A stretch of DNA of 64,000 bases from Batkoa obscura. Its lineage: Eukaryota. Positions 1 through 12,478 of the stretch are shown here, one piece after another (positions within the stretch are counted from its first letter, which is position 1; every line of letters starts with the position of its first letter). The DNA is taken from NCBI GenBank assembly GCA_030770535.1, contig JASVEC010000027.1, forward strand, positions 682,001-746,000. Direction: 5' to 3'. Under the pieces are notes generated by a model. It made no database searches, was not told where the DNA came from, and saw nothing but the letters and a program-made list of their open reading frames with translations. Both the position numbers and the translations under genes were made by a program.

Positions 1-153
1 CAAAAGTAATCTAAATGTGCTTTTTTTTACATAATTTGATACTTTTACCAATTAAACGTTTTTGAATAGCTAGTGATATTATAATTACATAGTAACATTT
101 AACTTATAAAACAGTCAAATTATGAAAGAAAAAGCACATTTAAATTGTTTTTG
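1..153. repeat. Inverted repeat pair, possible MITE truncated by the window edge
   Basis: 1-25 CAAAAGTAATCTAAATGTGCTTTTT is an imperfect reverse complement of 129-153 AAAAAGCACATTTAAATTGTTTTTG. Confidence 0.5.
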
Positions 154-352
154 TAATATATTTAGTGGCTTACATATCAGTATTTTCAAACTTTAATAAA
201 AGTAATTCTAAAATAAATTTTTGTGTGCTTTAATAAAAAAATTAGAATAATTATTCTTTTTATATAAAACTTTAATCAAAGATTTAGTATATAAATAGTT
301 TTTTTTAATCTAATTCTTTTGTCTAAAAAAATTAACTTTGTATTATATTTAA

Positions 353-1264
353 ATGGATGACAATAGCCCCCTCTTTTCAATCAACTACTTCATCATTGCT
401 TTAGCATTCGTAGCAGTATTCTTAAATAATTTTTTGATTTTTATCTGTTTTAAAGTAAAACCATTAACAAAAGACTTAAAGTTAATAATTGCAGTTGCAT
501 CAGTAGAACTTTTCGCGCCATTAGTAACATCTATAGATTACTTGCATTACTTCATATATGGTATAAAACTGATTAAGATCAACTTGGGCTGCCAAATCCT
601 GGGATTTATTATAGGAGCAGCTTATTATTATGAGATTCAAATAAATGTATTTTTAGCTTTGGAAAGATTGTGCAAAGTATCCGAGATTAAATTATCAAAA
701 TACGTGTATTTAGCGATTCATCTAAATGGATTAGGTTTTATTGGATTAGGCATTTATTGTGTATCGCAGCATTTAATGGTGCCATCTGCTACTGAGTTAG
801 TATGTGAGTATCCTGTAGTAAATTCGATCATTGGATCGATTACATATTTTTATTCAATTTTTAGCTTTTTTATTGGGGTAATAGTAATTACCTGTTGCTA
901 CTATAAATTGGCTAGGAGTGTAACCAAAATGAAAGAATTTGTACAACTTGAGATGAACTCTAATTCTAATGTAAATAGACCTAAAGGTGATAGGAAGTCC
1001 AACTACAATTCAGTATTTATTAAGCTATATACGATTTTAGCCATCTATACCACTTGTATGTTTGGCTCTTTTTTATTTCATTTATTAGGTAGTATTCTCC
1101 ACAATGTTTATGGTGAAGTAAATCCAACGGTTCTTATTATGAATCAACTTGCGGAAATTACATTCCTTATTGGTATCTTAGCTAATTCAAGTTTCTTTTT
1201 AATATTACATACGGGTATTGCAAACGAAGCGAAGAAATTTTGTGCCAATATTATATGTTGGTAG
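353..1264 (+). CDS. Rhodopsin-like (class A-like) 7TM receptor, intronless
   Basis: 303 aa with seven hydrophobic segments; GCQ at TM3 start, LALERL (DRY-like) at TM3 end, ECL2 Cys (PSATELVC), TM5 CCYYK, TM7 ANSSFF (NPxxY-like); TATATAAAT about 65 nt upstream. Confidence 0.8.
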   Translation: MDDNSPLFSINYFIIALAFVAVFLNNFLIFICFKVKPLTKDLKLIIAVASVELFAPLVTSIDYLHYFIYGIKLIKINLGCQILGFIIGAAYYYEIQINVFLALERLCKVSEIKLSKYVYLAIHLNGLGFIGLGIYCVSQHLMVPSATELVCEYPVVNSIIGSITYFYSIFSFFIGVIVITCCYYKLARSVTKMKEFVQLEMNSNSNVNRPKGDRKSNYNSVFIKLYTILAIYTTCMFGSFLFHLLGSILHNVYGEVNPTVLIMNQLAEITFLIGILANSSFFLILHTGIANEAKKFCANIICW

Positions 1265-2041
1265 TTGATAGGAAGTTATTTGTTTTGCTGAGTTTTTCAA
1301 TTGATAATTTTTTTTACCCTACTATTTCATTCCGTTTTAATAAAGTATTATTACTTATATCAGTAACTTTGACCAAAAGTTTAACATATTACTTAGCTAA
1401 AGTTTTGTCATTTTATTCGGGATGACTCAATTAGTGCAGAGCAATCCCCTTTTACAATGATGCTTCTAAAAACTTGCCTAAAGCAAAGTTCAATAGAGCT
1501 CATCTATAAGAATGATATAAAGGTGGACATAAATGAGTTTTAAAAATAGCTTGATTCATAAAATCGACCCACTTTAGTCAAAATTATAAATACTTGACTA
1601 AATATGCAATAGTTTATCATGCTAACTGATCTCAGATTTTCAAAATCTCAGAGCTTTGTAATTAGATCAAAACTTTGTGAATTATAGCCAATTCCCTAAG
1701 AATATTGGAAAATGGTTTTTGTTATAGTATATAAAATTATATAATGTTCTCATCATTCCAATACTAACTCGTGTTTAATAGCAATATAAGCTTACTCTTG
1801 AAAAAATTTCATTTATAAAAAGCCATGGACTTTAGTTGAAGTGCTATATTATGGCAAAACATTCCGATTTATGCAAATAGGAACAATAATAATCCGTACC
1901 CAAGGCTAATCTAACTTAATTTAAGCAACAAAATTAGAAATCCTATAAAAAGATAATCCTTAATTAAGCTTAAAAAAAACGCTATTTCAAAAAATACAAC
2001 CATTTATTATAATGAGATTGACAATAGTAGCTCGTCTATAT

Positions 2042-2138
2042 GGGGATGTATTTTTGTGTTTAAGAATTTTACTAACAATTTTTCCGCTCAAATAGCGCTT
2101 AAAAGATGGAAAAAATAATGAAGTCAAAAAAACACCCC
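2042..2138. mobile_element. MITE family A copy
   Basis: GGGGATGTATTTTT...AAAAAAACACCCC; ATAT on both flanks. Confidence 0.9.
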
Positions 2139-2439
2139 ATATTAGCGAAATTTATTTACTTCCAGTCTAGTAAAACAGTAGATACTTAATAGATATAACA
2201 AAACAATTGTTCCGGAATTTAACAAGTATATTTTTATCAATTACCATATAAAACTGACATAACAAATTAATACAAGTGTTATAAATTAATGCTTATAAAA
2301 ATGTTCTAGGAACACATACATATCAACTTTAATGGTCTTTGTATTTTCATAGTAATAAAGGTTGCTTTCTATCTTTGGAGTATACGGGTGTGAGCAATCA
2401 TCTTTTTTCAAAAGATAGTATTCAAAACGGAAAACTATA

Positions 2440-3368
2440 CTATTTTATTTTTTGCTAACTTATAACTTTGAAATTTTCAACAATATTCCTAATCTACTAC
2501 TAACTTACTAACTTGATTCTGTTTTTTTATCAAATCATTGACAAGAGACTTAAAGTTGATTATTGCAGTGGCATCAGTAGAACCTTGTGCACTGTTAGTA
2601 ATGACAATTAACTATGCCCGTTGTTTTATGTACAATTTCAAATTAATTAAGATTACTTTAGGACGCTAAATCCTTAGTTTTTTATATCATCAGCTTACTA
2701 TTACAAAATCCAATTAAATACATTTTTGGTAGTAAAACGGTTGTGTAAAGCCTTGGAAATCAAATTACTAAAATATATTAATTCAATAATACATGTAAAT
2801 AGATTGATTTGAATTATATTGATAAAATTTTGTGAATCGCAGCATTTAATGATTCCTAGATGATTCTGAACTAATTTGTATACAGCTCGCAACCAACTCG
2901 ATTGTAGGATCGATTGGGGATCATTATTTAGTTTTTAGTTTTTAGTTTTTTCATCGAAACTGTAACGATATACTACTGCTACTATAGATTGATTCGAACT
3001 ACTGCCACTATAAATTGATTCAAACTACTGCTCTTATGAAGAATTTTGTAGAAGTTGAAATAAATTTGGCTATATCCAGACTTAAAAATGAAAAAAGTCG
3101 AATTATAACCTAGTTCCTATTAAGTAATATGGCATTTTGGTTATTTATTATGTTTGTATATTTGGTTCTGTTTTATTTCGATTATTGGACGGTATGTTTT
3201 GTCATATTTATGTGGAAGTAAATGGGACTATCATGGTTACAAATTAAGTTACGCAAATATCCTTTGTTATTGGTATTTTAGCAAACTCAAGTCTACTTTT
3301 AATACTACACACTGATATCACAGGCGAGGTAAAAAGGATTTATGCTAGTATAAAAGGGCAAAAATAGT
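2440..3368 (+). pseudogene. 7TM receptor pseudogene, paralog of 353..1264
   Basis: Nucleotide similarity to the intact gene (GACTTAAAGTTGATTATTGCAGTGGCATCAGTAGAA; ATTGGTATTTTAGCAAACTCAAGT); stops (GCQ becomes GR*), frameshifts and a ~26-bp internal tandem duplication near 2973-3030; 5' limit approximate. Confidence 0.8.
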
Positions 3369-3430
3369 TCTAAAGCTATTGTCATTTACTATTTTAATAT
3401 AAACAGTAGTAAAAGTTATTTAATATAGTT

Positions 3431-3527
3431 GGGGAAGTGTTTTTTTGTTTAAGAATTTTACTAACAATCTTTCCGCTCAAATAGCGCTTAAAAATGAAGA
3501 AAATAATGAAACCAAAAAAACATCCCC
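3431..3527. mobile_element. MITE family A copy
   Basis: Family core sequence; AGTT duplicated on both flanks. Confidence 0.9.
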
Positions 3528-4493
3528 AGTTTTTAGTTTAATTTGGGTAATTTTAGTTGATTTAGTAAGAATTTCATATTTATTTACTATAATTAATTTT
3601 GTTATGTTATAATATTAATATTGATTTATCATTTTTAAAGGTGATATAAAATCATAATGGTCCTAAATCCAAGTATATATACAATAATTTATTTAATTGT
3701 AATTTATAAAAAAATAAAAGCATTCAGTTGGTTATTTCAACTTTAGCTTTAACAACTATCTTTAGTTAATTTGCTAATAATAAAGTTATTTACAAAATAA
3801 ATAAATAAATAATAATAATATAAATGGCAATATATTCATATACATTTGTATATTTTATACAATGATGATAAGCATTTTAAACATAAGCTTTGATAAATAA
3901 CGAGTAAACAAAATTTTTAAACTTTTATAAATTCAATATTGAACTAATTAAATAACCATACTATAGTTTTATCAAAAATTCAGTTTTCATTATATTGTTT
4001 ATTAAAAAATCATTCAGTGATAAGTTAAAATAAACTAAATATTATTTGATAATTTACTTTATTGAAAAAAAACTGTAATCATATTTCATATTAATAAATT
4101 GCTTTAAATTCTGCAAGTTGGAAATAATATTCAGTTATTTCAATTTTAGATTTTATAAAAATTAATTCCTAAATTGTAAATGCTATGAAAAGGTAATTCA
4201 TATTTAAGGAGATTTATAGTTTATGATAAATTTTACTTTAAAAAGCATCGTTTATTATATAGACCTTACAATTGTTTTTATTCAATAATTTTTAAACTAC
4301 GTGTATTGATTCTTTTCTTAATAGTAGAAATGTGTTTTTTCGTAGCTATTAAATAATAAATAAATTTAACTTAGATAGCTATTTTATAACTCAACCTGTT
4401 ATTTATATCTATTAGCATATTAAGTAATTTAGAAAACACAGGATGAACATTATACTTCAAGCTTTTATACAATATTCCTTAGAACTTTTATAT

Positions 4494-4694
4494 GGGGGTG
4501 TTTTTTTGGTTTCATTATTTTTTCCATTTTTTAAGCGCTATTTGGGGATGTTTTTTTTGACTTCATCACCTTTTCTATTTTTTAAGCGCTATTTAAGCGG
4601 AAAAATTGTTAGTAAAATTCTTAAACACAAAAATACATCCCCATTTGAGTGGAAAGATTGTTAGTAAAATTCTTAAACAAAAAAATACATCCTT
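4494..4694. mobile_element. MITE family A copy (outer), containing a nested copy
   Basis: ATAT flanks at 4490-4493 and 4695-4698; the core is split at GCGCT-ATTT-GAGTGG. Confidence 0.9.
4544..4642. mobile_element. MITE family A copy (nested inner)
   Basis: GGGG...CCCC flanked by ATTT at 4540-4543 and 4643-4646. Confidence 0.9.
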
Positions 4695-4698
4695 ATAT

Positions 4699-5304
4699 TT
4701 TAACAGAAAGATTATGTAAAGTCTTAAAGACTAAGTTATTCAAATACATCCATGTGCCATTCTATATAAATGGCTTAGTTTGTACCATTTTATTGACTAT
4801 TTGCGCTACCAAGGGCTCGATGATACCTGTCACTTCTGAATTGACTTGTATGTTACCCATAATTAACTCAATTATTGGGTCTATTGGATACCATTGTTTA
4901 GTAATTAGTTTTTCTGTTGGGATTGTAATAATATCGTATTGTTATTATAGCTTAGCTAGGGATATTACTGAGACAAAGGATTTTATTGAAATCGAAATAA
5001 TCCCAAAACCATCTCAACATAAAGATGAAATAAAGTCGAAGTATGATACAGTTTCTATTAAGCTATATGTTATATTGGCTATTTATTCTACTTGTATATT
5101 TGTTTCTATTTTATTCGATTTGTTAGAGAACTTTTACATTATGGTTATGACAAAGTGAATGCAACTATTATTACTATAAACCAAATTGCTCAAATATCTT
5201 TTGTTATTGGTATTTTAGCAAATTCAAGTCTACTTTTGATTCTACATACTGGTATTGCAAATGAAACAAAGAGATTTTGTCCCAGTATCAAATTGAGGAA
5301 TTAA
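4699..5304 (+). pseudogene. 7TM receptor pseudogene (TM3 end to TM7)
   Basis: ERLCKV...IKLYVILAIY...IGILANSSLLLILHTGIANE matches the intact gene; frameshift near 5130-5140; 5' half not recognisable beyond the nested MITE. Confidence 0.85.
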
Positions 5305-7167
5305 TTAAGGATATATTGATTTATTACTTTATATCAATAAAGCAATAATTTGAAATACTTTTAACGCGCTACTTTATACTTTGGTTCAAGTAATATTTAA
5401 AAATACATATAAATTTAGTCTATTTTGAGCTTTGGAAGGGGCAAAACATCTCTAAATATTGTATTTAGTATCAGATAAAAGCACAATTACACCTTTTAGA
5501 AAAATGCAAAAAAATGAAACCAAAAACGCTTGCATATAAAATTAGCAGAAATCAACTTTTACTTCCTTGCTATGGAGTAATAGATGCTGTACCTTTGGCA
5601 GCTTTTGCTTATGAAATTGGCGTAATAGATAAACCATTATTAAAAATTTCAATACTGTTTTCGGATATTAAACAGTGCTATAGATAAAAGAATTCATAGA
5701 TGGTAAGAGAAAATAAGTATGCTAGCAAGTGAAAATGCTTGATCGAACATATATTAATTTAGTTCACATTTCAATCTTTGGAGTTCACCACCAAATGGGG
5801 CGTTTTGTTTCAAAGCATAAACACAGGGAGTAATATAGACATATTATATTTGTCAGGATAAATCAATTATACTGACAGGTCTTTTTTGTTTTGTTATTCT
5901 GTCCACTTTTAAATAACCCAATTCAAATAGAATTTTACCAAATTTTTAAATAAAAATACCCCATATCAAAATTACATCGTAAAAGGTGTTAATATTTTCT
6001 TCAAGGATGTGAATCCTTCTAACATCAACACTATCTTAATTGACTGTAGTAACATCTCATTATTCGACTTCTTACCTCCTATTATCTGTTGATTCTCCAT
6101 TTTATATTATAAAAAACACAAAGGCCTTAAGGCTTTGAATTTAAAAAATTACATTGCAACTACCGAATCAATCAAACATTTAAGTTAATAAATAAACAAA
6201 TACAGGAAGAAAAGCAAATTTTTTAAAGTATAACTGTTTAAGATCAAATGTGCACTATACAATAATACTTTTTATGACCGATAGTTTGTACTATAGTATT
6301 GAGTTGAATTTCAGTGCTCAAGTTATTTTTTAAAATGAGCAGTTAACCAATGTCCATTTGAAATTAAACAACTGTAACAAAGCTTAGAAGAACTAAAATA
6401 AAGAAACTGAATTTTTTATAATTTTTAACTGAAAAGGAGCTAAAAAGAATCTTTTAAAATAAGTTAATATTTTGTTTAAAAACAATATTCTAAGTATTGG
6501 GGTTATTATTTTGCCTTGGATCGCTTAGCTTAAAGATTGATTAAGGTATTGCGGTAAGTCTGGATAAACCAAACCTTCTGTATGGATGTGTAATAAAAAA
6601 ACAAGGCTGGTTATTTTTATAAGTGAATTTTAATCTTGCTTTGAAATGAAAAAATCTATAAAGTTGCTTTAAAGATGCAAAATATGGCAAATGTTCCAGA
6701 TACAAAATTATTTCAAAACAGCAGCTCAGGTTTATAGTGTATTTTTTGATATATCATTTAATTTATTAGTTATAAAGTTTAACTCAGTTCATTATTTATA
6801 TTCCTAAGTAAATCATAAACAATTTAAACCGGAGTCAAACACTATCAAAACATTAGCAACTGCTATGGTAAATAGAAAAAAATGGGGAAGTAGAACCACA
6901 TAAACTTAAATCAAGTAAAAACTTAAAATGCCATTTTGATTTGAGAGATTTTATGTAGGCTTACAACACAGGGAACTTCTAAATATAGATAAAACGCCAG
7001 TGGTTCAAAAATTGAGAGATTCTATTTTTCATCTGACATGCTTTTCAATTCCATAAACCAATTATTTTTGATAAAAATTAAGCTTGAAGCTATAAAAGCA
7101 GAAAAATTCAAGAATAATCATTTTTTATTAACATTTTAATCTAATTTATCTGCATTATAAACTTAAT

Positions 7168-7677
7168 ATGAAATACTACTCTGCCATCTCTGCTTTGTTA
7201 GCTTTTTCCTCCCAAGTATTAGCTGCTTGTGACCCAAGCGCCTTAAAAATCATCCAAACATGTGAAAAAAACACTATGGATTCAAGGATCAACTCATGCC
7301 CACCCAATGATTATACTTGCCAATGTGCTGGTTATGACTATATTGCCGCCTGTTTCCAAAGTTGCCCAAGTGATTCCGAAGCCCAACAAATGGCAGCTAA
7401 ATATGATGGTCTTAAAAAAAACACATGTACTTCAGCTCAACTGGTAAAAGATGGTGAAGATTCTAAGAAGAAAGCTAAAGAATCTAATAGCAGTGATTCT
7501 TCAAGTGCTACTGATGCCAGTTCAACTGGCTCATCCGCTCCAAAAGAAACCAGCTCTGGAACTAAAAAGGATTCAAGCTCATCCACAAATGGCTCTAAAG
7601 CTTCTACCTCAAACGCCCTTACCAATGGTGTTTCTGCCTTACTTTTAGTTGCTGGTGTAGCTGTCGCTAATCTTTAA
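7168..7677 (+). CDS. Secreted Cys-rich, Ser/Thr-rich, probably GPI-anchored surface protein
   Basis: Signal peptide, Cys-rich N-domain, S/T stalk, C-terminal SNA plus hydrophobic tail; TATAAAAG at 7091. Confidence 0.85.
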   Translation: MKYYSAISALLAFSSQVLAACDPSALKIIQTCEKNTMDSRINSCPPNDYTCQCAGYDYIAACFQSCPSDSEAQQMAAKYDGLKKNTCTSAQLVKDGEDSKKKAKESNSSDSSSATDASSTGSSAPKETSSGTKKDSSSSTNGSKASTSNALTNGVSALLLVAGVAVANL

Positions 7678-8030
7678 ATAAAGTTATCATTCATTTTTTA
7701 AATTTTATGTGATTTTAATTAATAATAATATATTGAATCTTTTTAAACAATAAAATATGTCTTCAAAATAAATAATTTCAATAACAATATGACAGATATT
7801 ACACTTTCAAAGTAGGTTCATATTTTTTAATTATAATAGTGCTATAATATTTGAAGTGGAGATCCATTTTGGGCATATAATATGAAATAATAATTAGCTA
7901 TAAAGTATCATAGCAAACAAAAAATAATCTTTGATATTTTTAGAATTTTGAGCTCAAATTCCTCAGATAAAGGTACTACAATGAGTATAAATAAACAGAA
8001 ATCTAAAGGTAAAAAAGGTGTTTTCAAAGA

Positions 8031-9530
8031 TTGTATAAAATTGAAAATAAGACATGGATTAACAATATAAATCTAGGTAAAGCTGAAATAGAATTAAACA
8101 AAAAGGATGATTTGGATAACGCTTACGCTGATCATTTTTTAGAAAAGGATAGTGATTTGTTATCACAAATGCAACAAGAAACGTACAAAGTAGTAAATGG
8201 CAAAGTTGGTTTAGACAGTGAATCCTCTTTTGATAAAGAGCTTTTTCAGCTTGTTCAAACTATTCAAGGAATGCAGATAGATCCTGAACCACATCATGAA
8301 TTTTTAATGGCTGAGGAGGAAAAAGCGTTTAAAGCAATGAATAGAGGAAATGGTTTAAACGGCGATCCATCACTTAGCAAAGATTCTTTGCAATTTATTC
8401 AAGCTGCTCATAAGATGCAATTACATCCTGAATTAGCTCAAGATTTTCCGATGGATGAAGGACTTGAGCTTAATCTCAACGATCATGTTGCTAATGATAA
8501 AGTGAAAAACTTTTTAAATCACCCAGAGTTTTTACATAGTGTTGGCTTTTTAGATGAAAATGAGGATGAAGATGAAAATGAAGGTGTTGAGAAAGAGGGA
8601 TTAAGCCTTAATCAAAGAAGGAAGTTAAATAAGGAGTTACATAAAGGAAAAAAGGAAGCTCGAAGAGAAAAAACGGAAGAATTTGGAGAAAAACAAGAGT
8701 TGTTAGCAGAAGAAATCAAATTTATGAAAGATATGAAGGCACCAATTTATAAAAGTGTTTATCTATTAAATCAAATGAATGAAATTGATAAACAATTAAG
8801 AAAGCTTTGTACTACACCAGGTAAAGAATTAACTTTATACCCCATGTTAAAAGAGTTTCGTAGTATAATAAGAGATCTAATTGGTAGGTACAAATTGGAT
8901 TATACATTGAAAGGAAAAGAGTTTAATAAATACTTGTGTATTTATTCAAAAAAACAAAGTGAATTTTCTATTATTAATGAAGCTAAAATTAAAGAATCGG
9001 AATACAAGGAACTTCCATTTCAAGTTAAAGATTTTTCAGCTACCCTTATTAATTTATTAAAGGAATGTCATAATAAATATATTAAATCTATCATGAGAGA
9101 TAATGATAATAAGGATATCGATTTATCTTTTAAAGCTATCAAGTTTATATCAAACAGATCCATATTCAACAATCCAGTGCTTGATAATCCAATGTCAAAC
9201 AACTCGATGTTTGATAGCCCAAAGTATTATAGTGGAATATATAGTAATTCAATGTATTATGATCAAATGCATAATAATCCAATGTTTAACCTATCCATGT
9301 GCAATACATCTGATTTCATTCTGTTGGGTTCCAATATTACGGAGGGTAAACATAAGCATGGTAATGTAGTATTTAAAGATGTACCACCGATAGAAGAAAA
9401 CAATATAGGATTTAAGTTATTGTCTAAAATGGGTTATGATAGAAATAAATCCGAAAGTAAATTAGGTACCAATCTTGAAGTAAAATATAGAAATAAGGGT
9501 GTTGGCCTTGGTTATTCTTTAGATGCTTAG
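8031..9530 (+). CDS. R3H-like plus G-patch protein (divergent Sqs1/Pfa1-like); start uncertain
   Basis: LYPMLKEFRSIIRDL...Y.L....G resembles R3H; PIEENNIGFKLLSKMGY...GVGLG is a G-patch; ORF opens at TTG, first in-frame ATG at 8169, upstream ATG at 7981 is out of frame. Confidence 0.7.
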   Translation: MYKIENKTWINNINLGKAEIELNKKDDLDNAYADHFLEKDSDLLSQMQQETYKVVNGKVGLDSESSFDKELFQLVQTIQGMQIDPEPHHEFLMAEEEKAFKAMNRGNGLNGDPSLSKDSLQFIQAAHKMQLHPELAQDFPMDEGLELNLNDHVANDKVKNFLNHPEFLHSVGFLDENEDEDENEGVEKEGLSLNQRRKLNKELHKGKKEARREKTEEFGEKQELLAEEIKFMKDMKAPIYKSVYLLNQMNEIDKQLRKLCTTPGKELTLYPMLKEFRSIIRDLIGRYKLDYTLKGKEFNKYLCIYSKKQSEFSIINEAKIKESEYKELPFQVKDFSATLINLLKECHNKYIKSIMRDNDNKDIDLSFKAIKFISNRSIFNNPVLDNPMSNNSMFDSPKYYSGIYSNSMYYDQMHNNPMFNLSMCNTSDFILLGSNITEGKHKHGNVVFKDVPPIEENNIGFKLLSKMGYDRNKSESKLGTNLEVKYRNKGVGLGYSLDA

Positions 9531-9824
9531 TTTAAGTGCTTTTTTTCATTTGTATTGCTAATAGCATATATGTATTAAAGCTATATTAAAGCTATTATTA
9601 AAGTTTTTTATTTTTTTATTTCTATTTTTTATTTCTATTTTTAAAAAGATATGTTAATTTGTTTTTAAACTTTACAGATTATATAGTTTAGTACAAAAAC
9701 AATAAATTTTTGATTTTCCTACGTCATAATAAAAGCACTTCTACTTCACTTTGATTGGTTATTTAAAATTTAAAGTAATTAAATTAAAAAATCATAATAT
9801 TATTGATTTTACTAACTTCGTGAA

Positions 9825-12478
9825 ATGGAAGGATATATAAACCGAGCAGCAGCATTCGCCCAAAGTGCAGCACAATTATCAAGAATTGTTTCAGAAAATA
9901 TTGTAGAAAATGCGTCCGAATTTAGATTAGATGGTCAAGATGCAGCAATATTTGATACAGCAATTTTTAACATTCAAGAGCTTGATAAATTGCTAAACTC
10001 AAGCTCAGATAGGGATAAATTAAATGGATTAAAAAAGTTGATTGCTGTAAGTTTTGATTGTGATAATTTTGAGCTTGATTTAAAGTTTTATAGATGATAA
10101 GTAAAGGTCAAGACGCAAGTGAAGCTTTTGCAGGAGTAGTAAAGAATGTAGCAAGTTCCAATTTAGAAATAAGGAAATTAGTCTATATCTATTTATTAAG
10201 ATACGCAGAACAAGAACCTGATTTGGCTTTACTTTCAATAAACACTTTTCAAAAAGATTTATCAGATCCTTCACCAGTAATAAGAGCTTTAGCGTTAAGA
10301 GTTATGTCTGGAATTCGTGTAAAAATGATTTCTCCTATTGTTTTACTAGCTATACGTTCTGCGGTGACTGATCTTTCCCCTTATGTACGTAAATCAGCTG
10401 CATTTGCTATTATAAAGTTATATGGGTAAGTAAAAATTTATATTTAAAAGTGTTCTAACAACTTTATAGAATGGATCTTTCTCAAAAAGATGCTTTAATT
10501 GATGTTCTGAGAATTTATTTGAATGATAAGTCTCATATTGGTTTGGGTGGAGTTATTATGTCATTTAATACACTTTGCCCAAATAGATTTGATCTTATAC
10601 ATCCCCACTTTAGAAAATTATGCAACTTAATTACTGAGTTTGATGAATGGTCTCAAATTTCTACTATTGATTTATTATTAAGATATTCAAGGTAAAATAA
10701 TTATAATATTATAAGAAATGTTTAACAATGTCTTATTAGAGTGAACTTTTTGAATCCAAACAATGATAAAAATGTAATTTAATATAATATTTATAATTTC
10801 ACAATTCAAATAACATAAATTTTAGAAAAATAAAAACAAATCAAATGAGAATCTTAAGTCATTTTATGATGAGAATCAAGTTGTAGCCTCGGGATATGAA
10901 ATAGATCGTGATCATGCTTTACTTTTAAAGTCAGTGGAGCCTTTACTCGCTAGTCATAATAGCTCGGTATATATTATCACAATGTTCTTAAATCGTAGAC
11001 TAAATATATTTTAGGTTGTACTTTCCACTGCATCGCTTTATTATCATATAGCTCCAATAAAAGAATTGATGAAAGTTGGTAAACCTTTAGTACGATTACT
11101 TCGTTCTCATCAAGAGATTCAATATATAGTATTGACAAATATAGCTACAATTTGCTCCTCATTTCCAGTAACACTTGTATTTAAAATAACAAGCTATTTT
11201 ACTAATTCACTTATTTAGAATATCTTTGAGCCTTACCTATCAAGCTTCTTCATCCGCTCGGGAGATATTAAACTAGTCCGCGATCTTAAACTAAGAATTG
11301 CTACAGAAGTAGTTACCACATCTACTTTATTACCTTTATTAAGGGAATTGAAAGCATATACAAAATCATATGATGATGATTTAGTTGCTGGAGCAATACA
11401 AGCCATGGGACGATGCACATCAAAGATACCAACTTCAACCAGTATGTGTTTAAGGATTTTAATGGAGCTTATGGAAGACAAAAACTTGATAGTAGTTGGG
11501 GAATCTATCACAGTAATTAAACAGCTACTTCAATCCCTCGATTCTAAAAATGATCAAACTCCCTATTTATTGCATCTTTTATTTGCATTCCATAATTCAG
11601 TTGAACTCTTGCCTACAGCTAAAGCGGCTATCATTTGGCTTATTGGACAATATGCAAATCTTGTCTCAAACTATGCCTCAGATGTTTTGCGCGTTGCTAT
11701 TAAAAGCTTTAAAGAGGAGGTAATATTAATATCAATAACTTATTAAAAAAATTAAACGTTTATTTAGGATGAAATAGTTAAAAAACAAACGCTTTCATTA
11801 GCAATTAAACTTTTAACATTATGGCCTGAAAAGAATGAGCTGAGTCAAATGATCAAATATCTCCTTACGTTAGCAAGGTATGATAAAAGTTATGACTTAA
11901 GGGATCGAGCAAGGTTTTTACAAGGCTTTATTAACTTGCACAATAATGAAAATGAGGAATTAGATAACAATAGTATTCTAAAAAATCATTTAAGCTATAT
12001 CTTTTTAAGCAATAAGCCATTACCATCACATCAAACCTATTCATATTCGCAAAGTAAATTTGTTATTGGTTCTGCTTCCCTACAACTCAATACCCCGCTA
12101 AAAGGCTACGAACCTTTACCTGATTGGCCAGAAGATAAACCAGATGGCACAGTACGTAATGTTAATTTAGATGAAGGGGAAGTTAAACCGAAAAATAATG
12201 TTAAAAACAATGCCACCAGCTTCAATCCATCAAATAGTAATGTTAAAAAAGGTAACTTGGAAGATTTAGATGCGTTTTATGAGGAAGAAGAAGAGGAAGA
12301 AGAAGCCTCCAGTGGATTAGAAGAAGAGGAAACAGAATCAGAGGAAGAAACGGAAGAATCAGAGGAAGAAACGGAAGAATCAGAGGAAGATAGTGAAGAA
12401 GAAAGCGAAGAAGAAAGCGAGTCCGATGAGGAGCAAGAAAAAGCAAGTTTGATGCAATCAACTTATCATAAAATATAA
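9825..12478 (+). CDS. APL6: AP-3 adaptor complex beta subunit, multi-exon
   Basis: Beta-adaptin motifs [40 protein letters not shown] and [19 protein letters not shown] introns (e.g. 10047-10093, 10426-10469); acidic hinge at the C-terminus. Confidence 0.93.
12283..12432 (+). repeat. Coding acidic low-complexity repeat (21-bp unit encoding EESEEET)
   Basis: GAATCAGAGGAAGAAACGGAA in tandem within the APL6 hinge. Confidence 0.8.

Noticed and set aside
353..1264. Possible opsin
   Set aside because: No Lys at the TM7 retinal-binding position (six residues before the N of ANSS is Leu)
4443..4664. Short ORFs containing FFKRYLSGK (also 38350-38541 and 63245-63490; 55630-55827 starts in the opposite MITE strand)
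   Set aside because: They are translations of MITE sequence, not independent genes
5420..6100. Minus-strand protein-like stretch
   Set aside because: Many stops, includes MITE fragments, no recognisable motif
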